NCBI GenBank assembly: GCA_963733115.1
Contig: CAVTBW010000006.1
Coordinates: forward strand, 4,405-68,404
Direction: 5' to 3'
Source of the DNA: an uncultured Solirubrobacteraceae bacterium
GTDB lineage: Bacteria > Actinomycetota > Thermoleophilia > Solirubrobacterales > Solirubrobacteraceae
DNA length: 64,000 nucleotides
The notes under the pieces were generated by a model. It was not told the origin of the DNA, ran no database searches, and saw only the letters and a list, made by a program, of their open reading frames with translations. This document shows, piece after piece, positions 58,034 to 64,000 of the stretch (position 1 is its first letter; every line of letters begins with the position of its first letter). A program made the position numbers and the translations under genes.

Positions 58034-58688
58034 TTACAGCGACCTGCGCCCGGCGAACGCCTTGCCGAGCGTCACCTCGTCGGCGTACTCGAGGTCCGAG
58101 CCGACGGGCAGGCCGCTGGCGAGGCGCGTGACGGACAGCTCCGGCGCGCGCCCGCGCAGCTCGTCGGCGATGTGCAGCGCGGTCGCCTCGCCGGTGGTCG
58201 TCGGGTTCGTGGCGAGCACCACCTCGCGCACGGGCGGCGTGTCTCCGTCTGCACCGAGCCCGGCGTCCGCCCCGGCTTCGCCGGCGGCGACGCGCGCGAA
58301 CAGCTCGGCGATCTTCAGGTCCTCCGGGTCGACGCCGTCGATCGGCGAGAGCGCGCCGCCGAGGACGTGGTAGACGCCGCGGTACTCGTGCGTGCGCTCG
58401 ATCGGGATCACATCGCTCGGCTCCTCGACGACGCAGATCAGCGCCGTGGTCGCGGCGCGTGTCCTGGCAGATCCGGCAGCGCGTCTCGTCGGTCAGGTTG
58501 AAGCAGACCTCGCACAGCCCGATCCGTTCCTTGACCTCGCGGATCGCGTCCGCGAGCGCGTTCGCGTCCTCCTCGGAGGCGCGCAGGATGTGGAACGCGA
58601 GCCGCTGCGCCGTGCGGTTGCCGATCCCGGGCAGCTTCGAGAGCTCGCCGACGAGCCGCTGCACCGGCGGCGCGTAGGAAGTGCTCAC
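58034..58688 (-). CDS. recR: Recombination protein RecR (frameshifted)
   Basis: KLPGIGNRTAQRLAFH, CEVC...CRIC, YHVLGGALSP, ATNPTTTGEAT. Confidence 0.96.
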
Positions 58689-58699
58689 GGCACCCCCGC

Positions 58700-59051
58700 C
58701 TACAGCCCCGGCAGCCCGAGACCGCCGAGGTTGCCCAGGTCGAGCCCGCCAGACGCGCCGCCGAGCTTGCTTCGCGGCGAGATCCTGCGCCATCCGCAGC
58801 GCCTCGTTGACGGCCGCGAGGACCATGTCGGAGAGGATCTCGACGTCCTCGGGGTCGACTGCCGCGGGGTCGATCGTGATCGACTTGACGTCGAGGTCGC
58901 CCGACACGCTGACCGTGACCATCCCGCCGCCGGCCGACGCCTCGACGACCTCGTCCTTCAGCTGCTCCTGCGCGACCTGCATCTCCTGCTGCATCTTCTG
59001 GACCTGCTGCAGCATCTGCTGCATGTTCGGCATGCGCGGCTGCTTCGGCAT
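58700..59051 (-). CDS. ybaB: YbaB/EbfC nucleoid-associated protein
   Basis: MQQMLQQVQKMQ...SAGGGMVTV...DPEDVEILSDMVLAAVN. Confidence 0.94.
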
Positions 59052-59053
59052 CG

Positions 59054-60964
59054 TCACGCGCCTTTCTGTTCGCTGGTGAGCGCCGCCTCGTCCTGCCCGG
59101 CGCCTTCGCCGCCGCTCGACGAGGACTCGCCGTCGCCGTCGCCGGGCAGCTCCTCGGCGTCGAACTCGTCGATGAAGCGCGCGAGCCACTCCTCCTCGCT
59201 GCGCGGCGCCGACTGCTCGTCGTCGTGTGGCCCGATGCCGTCGTGCAGCTCGTACGACAGGCGCCAGCGGCGTCCCGTCACGTCGTGCAGCGCCGCCGTC
59301 ACGGCGGCACGGTTGTCGGGGCTCTCGGCCTTCTTCTTGTGGAACGGCGTCGCCGTCGAGAACGCGACGACGAGATCCTCGCCCTTGACGTCGACCGGGC
59401 GCGCCTCCTCGATGCACGCGCCGAGCATCGCGTTGTCGCTGCGCACGAGATCGACGACCGCCGGCCACCACGCGAGCAGCGGCGCGAGCCCCTCGGCGAT
59501 GTCCTCGGCCGACTGCCGCTCGCGTGGCGGGACGGTCGCGATCGACGCGACCGACACCTCGACAGCCGCCTCGGCCCGCGGCGGCTCCGACTCGGCGTGC
59601 GGCGGCTCGGATGCCGGCGTGGACGCGGGCGAGTCCTCGGTCGCAACAGGCCCGACGGGCGCGGGTGCAGCGGGCTGCTCAGGCGCGGCGGTCGCGGCGC
59701 CCGCGGCGGGCTGCCCGGCGGCGGCGGCCGCCGGCCCGCGCGGCTCGCTCGGCGCGAGCTCGCGCGCGACGGCGACGGCCTCGACGCGCTCGGCGGGCAT
59801 GCCGCGTTCGAGCCGCTCGAGGCGGTCGAGCAGCGCGCGCAGCGAGGAGTCGACCTCGGGCTTGGCGGCCTTGACGAGCGCGAGCTCCAGGCGCGTGCGC
59901 GCATCGGCGCCGGCGCGGACGGCCTCCATCGCGGTGCCGAGCCCGTCGAGCAGCCGCACGACGACGGCCGGCGCGACGCGCTCCGCCTGCGCGCCGAGCG
60001 CGGCGTCGGCCTCGGGCGTCAGCGACAGCTCGTCCGGGACGGCGCCGAGCGTCTGCACGACGAGCAGCTCGCGCGCGCGAACCTCGAGATCGCTGGCGAA
60101 CGCCGCCGCGTCGCGACCCTGCTCGGCGCAGGTCGCGACGCTCATCAGCGCGCTGCGCGAATCGCCGGCCGCGACCGCGTCGACGGTTTCCTCGAGCAGG
60201 CGCGTGTCGGCGACGCCGAGCACCGCGAGCACATCCTCGAGCACGATCTCGCTGCCGGAGTAGGTGATCAGCTGCTCGAGCGTGCCGAGCGCGTCGCGGA
60301 AGCTGCCGGTCGCCGAGCGGGCGAGCGCCGAGACGGCCTCGGGCGGGATCTCGACGCCCTCGGCGTCGGCCGCGCGCCGTACGACGCTCGCGATCTGCTC
60401 GACGGTCGGGCGGTGGAAGTCGAAGCGATGACAGCGATCGACGACGGTCGCGGGGACCTTCTGCGCCTCGGTCGTCGCGAGCACGAAGACGGTGTTCGGC
60501 GGCGGCTCCTCGAGCGTCTTCAGGAACGCGTTCCACGCGGCCGTCGAGAGCATGTGCGCCTCGTCGAGGATGTACACCTTGCGCCGCCCGCTGACCGGCG
60601 CGTAGGCGACGCTCTCGCGCAGCTCGCGGATGTCGTCGACGGAGTTGTTCGACGCCGCGTCCATCTCGATCACGTCGAGTGAGCTCGCGGAAGCGATCGA
60701 CAGGCACGACTCGCATTCGCCGCACGGCTCGACGGTCGGCCCGCGCTCGCAGTTCAGGCACGCGGCGAGGATCTTCGCCATCGATGTCTTGCCGGTCCCG
60801 CGCGAGCCGACGAACAGGTACGCGTGGTGGACCTTGTCGCGTTCGACCGCGTGGCGCAGCGTGCGCACGACCGGCTCCTGACCGACGACGTCTGCGAACG
60901 TGCGCGGTCGGTGCCGGCGGTAGAGCGACCGCTGCTGCTGTTTGGAGGACTCCTGTGCTGACAC
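59054..60964 (-). CDS. dnaX: DNA polymerase III gamma/tau
   Basis: LYRRHRPRTFADVVGQ, GSRGTGKTS, LDEAHMLS, LKTLEEPP. Confidence 0.97.
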   Translation of the reverse strand: MSAQESSKQQQRSLYRRHRPRTFADVVGQEPVVRTLRHAVERDKVHHAYLFVGSRGTGKTSMAKILAACLNCERGPTVEPCGECESCLSIASASSLDVIEMDAASNNSVDDIRELRESVAYAPVSGRRKVYILDEAHMLSTAAWNAFLKTLEEPPPNTVFVLATTEAQKVPATVVDRCHRFDFHRPTVEQIASVVRRAADAEGVEIPPEAVSALARSATGSFRDALGTLEQLITYSGSEIVLEDVLAVLGVADTRLLEETVDAVAAGDSRSALMSVATCAEQGRDAAAFASDLEVRARELLVVQTLGAVPDELSLTPEADAALGAQAERVAPAVVVRLLDGLGTAMEAVRAGADARTRLELALVKAAKPEVDSSLRALLDRLERLERGMPAERVEAVAVARELAPSEPRGPAAAAAGQPAAGAATAAPEQPAAPAPVGPVATEDSPASTPASEPPHAESEPPRAEAAVEVSVASIATVPPRERQSAEDIAEGLAPLLAWWPAVVDLVRSDNAMLGACIEEARPVDVKGEDLVVAFSTATPFHKKKAESPDNRAAVTAALHDVTGRRWRLSYELHDGIGPHDDEQSAPRSEEEWLARFIDEFDAEELPGDGDGESSSSGGEGAGQDEAALTSEQKGA

Positions 60965-61054
60965 CTGCGGCTGAGTCTACCCACGCCACAGCGGCCGCCG
61001 CGAGGCGTCGCGAGGGCGTCCGCGCGCCCGCGTGAGCGGATAGCGTGCGCGCTC

Positions 61055-62512
61055 GTGAGAGCTCGCAGCCTGCGCCTCGCGACGCGCCTCGCCGCGCTAC
61101 CAGCCATCGCCGTCGGTGCGCTCGCGCTGTGGCTGATCTGCGGCGTCGGCTTCGCGAACTACGACACGTTGTACGCGCTCGCGTGGGGCGGACAGCTCGC
61201 GCGCGGCGAGACGCCGGCCTACGAAGTCGCGATCGCGCCGACGCCGCATCCGCTCGTCGAGCTGCTCGGCGTGATCCTCTCGCCGCTCTCGCCGCACGCC
61301 GTCGAGGGCGTGACGGTCGCGCTCGGCTTCCTCGCGCTCGCCGCGTGCGGGTGGGCGGTGTACGCGCTTGCGACGCTGTGGTTCGGCCGCGCGGCGGGCG
61401 TGCTCGCGGTGCTCGTGCTGCTCACGCGCGTGCCGATCCTCTCCTACGGTGTGCGCGCGTACGTCGACGTGCCGTACCTGCTGCTCGTGCTCTGCGCGGT
61501 GCTCGTCGAGGCGCGCCGTCGCAGCGAGCAGCGCGCGCCGGCCGGCGCGCCGGTGCTGGCGCTGCTCGCGCTCGCCGGGCTGCTGCGCCCCGAGGCGTGG
61601 GCGTTCACCGGCCTGTACTGGCTCTACGTGATGCTCGAGGAGCGTCGCGCGCGGCGGCGCTCGCCGCGCGCACTCGCCGGACTGACGCTGCTGGCGGCGT
61701 CGGCGCCGCTCGTGTGGGTCCTCAGCGACCTCGCGATCACCGGCGACGCGCTCTGGTCGCTGACGAACACGCGTCATACGGCGCAGACGCTCGAGCGCGT
61801 GACGGGCATCGCGAACGTGCCCGAGTACGTGCCGCGGCGGATCGGCGAGATCCTGCGCCCGCCGGTGCTCGTCGGCGCGGCGCTCGGCGGCGTGCTGTCG
61901 CTGTGGTGGCTGGGCCGCCGCGCGCTGCCGGGCGCGCTCGCGGGCGTGCTCGCGGTGCTCGTCTTCGTCGTCGTCGCCGCGGCCGGGCTGCCGATCAACA
62001 CACGCTACGCGTTCCTCACGTCGGCGATCCTCTGCGTCTTCTGCGGCGCGGGCGTGTTCGGCTGGACGCGCCTTCCGCGCGGCGACGCGCGGCGGCCGTG
62101 GTGGACCGGCGCGGGCGCGCTCGTGCTGCTCGCGCTGATCGCGTTCACACCGTCGCAGGTGCGCAGCGCGCACCGCGAAATGGGCAAGCTCTCAAACCAG
62201 CAGTCGATCCAGAACGACCTGCTCGCGCTCGTCAAAGACGGAGCCGTCAACCTGCGCTGCGGTCCGATCGGCGTCCCGAACCACGCGCCGGTGCCGCTGC
62301 TCGCGCTGTACCTTCACGCGAGCCCGGCGTCGATCGTCAGCGCTCAGGTCGGCTCGATCTCGCGCGGGCAGTACGTCGATCCGGCGAGCAGGTTCGTCGA
62401 AGACGAATACGTGCTCGACCCGCACGACCCGCACCGCCCGGTGAGCGTCCCGCCGGGCTTCGTCGAGTCGCGCGCGAACCGCTCGTGGCTGATCTTCCAG
62501 CGCTGCTCGTAG
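61055..62512 (+). CDS. Multi-TM GT-C-like glycosyltransferase-like protein
   Basis: NYD in the first loop, TPHPL, LAGLLRPEAW, NTRY; about 11 hydrophobic segments. Confidence 0.65.
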   Translation: MRARSLRLATRLAALPAIAVGALALWLICGVGFANYDTLYALAWGGQLARGETPAYEVAIAPTPHPLVELLGVILSPLSPHAVEGVTVALGFLALAACGWAVYALATLWFGRAAGVLAVLVLLTRVPILSYGVRAYVDVPYLLLVLCAVLVEARRRSEQRAPAGAPVLALLALAGLLRPEAWAFTGLYWLYVMLEERRARRRSPRALAGLTLLAASAPLVWVLSDLAITGDALWSLTNTRHTAQTLERVTGIANVPEYVPRRIGEILRPPVLVGAALGGVLSLWWLGRRALPGALAGVLAVLVFVVVAAAGLPINTRYAFLTSAILCVFCGAGVFGWTRLPRGDARRPWWTGAGALVLLALIAFTPSQVRSAHREMGKLSNQQSIQNDLLALVKDGAVNLRCGPIGVPNHAPVPLLALYLHASPASIVSAQVGSISRGQYVDPASRFVEDEYVLDPHDPHRPVSVPPGFVESRANRSWLIFQRCS

Positions 62513-62640
62513 CAGGTCAGACTCCGAGTCCAGCGGGTCGTCGACCAAGCGGAGCAAGGACGCAGGGAGCGTGGCGTGCGAAAGCACGCGAGCGACCGAG
62601 GACGCCGCTCCGCGCCGTGTCGACGGCCCGCTGGTAGTGG

Positions 62641-62910
62641 ACCGTGCACCCCGCGTCGAGACGCCGCCGGCCGATCGCCTGATCGCCGTCCGCGGCTCCG
62701 GCCCGGGTGCTCCCGCTGCGCCTGCCGGGGATCGCTTAAGGCTGCTTCCTTCCGGACCTGACCTGGTTCACAAGCCGACACCGCGCGGGACCCGGACCAT
62801 CGACGCCCCGAACGGCGGAGCGACCGGAGCGGAATCCCTCGGAAGGGAATTCGGCTCCGCTAGAGCGGCTTGCGGATACAGGGCACCGCTACCTCCCCGC
62901 CTAGCACGGT
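62641..62910 (-). ncRNA. ffs: Large bacterial SRP RNA (Alu plus S domain)
   Basis: 5' ACCGTGCTAGGCGGGGAGGTAGCGGTGCCCTG; helix 8 GGTCAGGTCCGGAAGGAAGCAGCC; 3' GGTGCACGGT pairs with the 5' end; about 270 nt. Confidence 0.95.
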
Positions 62911-63004
62911 CCGCCGCTGATCGTAGCGCCGATCGGCGTCGCTGCGCGCGCGCACGGGAGACAGCCTGCACGCGCGCGCTTCGACTTCGTTAGGCTGCGC
63001 GACC

Positions 63005-63586
63005 GTGACGAACTCAAGAGCTTTCATTCCACGACTCAACGACACGCGCTCGCGCGCGCTGATCGTCCTCGCGGCGCTGATCGTCGCGGTGCTGCTCGCC
63101 GGCTGCGGCGGCAGCAGCTCGAGCAGCACGATCGGCGTCGGCGACGAGAACAAGGCTGACGAAGCGCTCGCGAAATCCGGCGAAACGCCGGTCGCGAAGA
63201 CGCCGACGAGCGGGCCGCTCGCGACCGAACCGAAGGTCACGCCACCGACGGGCCCGGCACCGACGAAGCTCGAAAAGAAAGACCTGATCGTCGGCACCGG
63301 CGCCGAAGCGAAGGCCGGCGACACGGTGACGGTCAACTACGTCGGCGTGCTCTACAAAGGCGGCAAGGAGTTCGACGCGTCGTGGAAACGCAAAGAACCG
63401 TTCCAGTTCAAGCTCGGGCAGGGACAGGTGATCAAGGGCTGGGACGAAGGCGTCGCCGGCATGAAGGTCGGAGGCCGCCGCGAGCTCGTGATCCCGTCGG
63501 AACTCGCGTACGGCAAGACCGGCTCGCCGCCGACGATCCCGGCGAACGCGCCGCTCGTGTTCGTGGTCGACCTGCTCGGCACCTAG
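63005..63586 (+). CDS. FKBP-type peptidyl-prolyl isomerase, lipoprotein
   Basis: Lipobox LAGC; VNYVG, FDASW, VIKGWDEG, IPSELAYG. Confidence 0.95.
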   Translation: MTNSRAFIPRLNDTRSRALIVLAALIVAVLLAGCGGSSSSSTIGVGDENKADEALAKSGETPVAKTPTSGPLATEPKVTPPTGPAPTKLEKKDLIVGTGAEAKAGDTVTVNYVGVLYKGGKEFDASWKRKEPFQFKLGQGQVIKGWDEGVAGMKVGGRRELVIPSELAYGKTGSPPTIPANAPLVFVVDLLGT

Positions 63587-63607
63587 GGTCCGCCGCCGAT
63601 CGTCGCG

Positions 63608-64000
63608 TTGGCGCGTAGCGGAGCGGCGTCGGAGCGCTCGCGCGGACGGCTCGGACGCGGCGCTCGCGCGCGGGCCGCGCCGCTCGCGTGCTCCGTGCTC
63701 GCCGCCGCGCTGCTCGCCGGCGGCTGCGCCGGCACCGCGAAGAAGGCGACGCCGGCGGCGCTGAAGCTCGAGCGCGAAGACCTCGTCGCGACCGTTCGCG
63801 AACTGCGCCGACTGCAGCCGCCGGTCGCGCGCGAGGTCGCCGCGACGAAGACGTCGTGGCCGCTGATCGCCAACGGCGTGCCTGCCGACGTCGGCGCCGT
63901 CCTGCGCTCGCCGGCGGCCGCGGCAGCCGGCGAGAGCGCGGCGCGGCTGCGCCTGCCGGTGCTGTTCGGCGAAGCGCAGGCGGCGACGCTGACGGGCGAG
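63608..64000 (+). CDS. Hypothetical lipoprotein (partial)
   Basis: Open frame to the window end; LLAGGC lipobox-like motif. Confidence 0.6.
   Translation, partial: MARSGAASERSRGRLGRGARARAAPLACSVLAAALLAGGCAGTAKKATPAALKLEREDLVATVRELRRLQPPVAREVAATKTSWPLIANGVPADVGAVLRSPAAAAAGESAARLRLPVLFGEAQAATLTGE

Overview
High-GC actinobacterial chromosome segment; gene content and order suggest Thermoleophilia/Solirubrobacterales (inference). Bases ~1-9375 are an integrative mobilizable element next to the 3' end of tRNA-fMet. It carries a tyrosine integrase, excisionase, a divergent wHTH/XRE pair, a MOBF (TrwC-like) relaxase-helicase, and a tightly overlapped three-gene cargo operon: a small CxxC/CxxC protein, a 668-aa helical protein, and a 464-aa protein with a C-terminal RxxxxH HEPN-like motif. 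This operon is the best candidate for an undescribed, probably anti-phage, system. The excisionase and relaxase genes share a bipartite upstream motif at identical spacing. The rest is core genome: ppx, a TPP enzyme, tRNA-Leu(UAA), an extended ECF sigma factor, csrA, eno, prsA-like, mfd, pth, rplY, prs, glmU, tRNA-Gln, ispE, rsmA, tatD, metG, rsmI, mdh, icd, aidB-like, a type E-like SDH (sdhAB plus HdrB-like subunit), wecB, lysC, recR-ybaB-dnaX, a large Alu-containing SRP RNA and an FKBP. Many core genes are broken by indels that look like long-read sequencing errors, so their coordinates are approximate. All calls come from motif recognition by eye; no searches were run.
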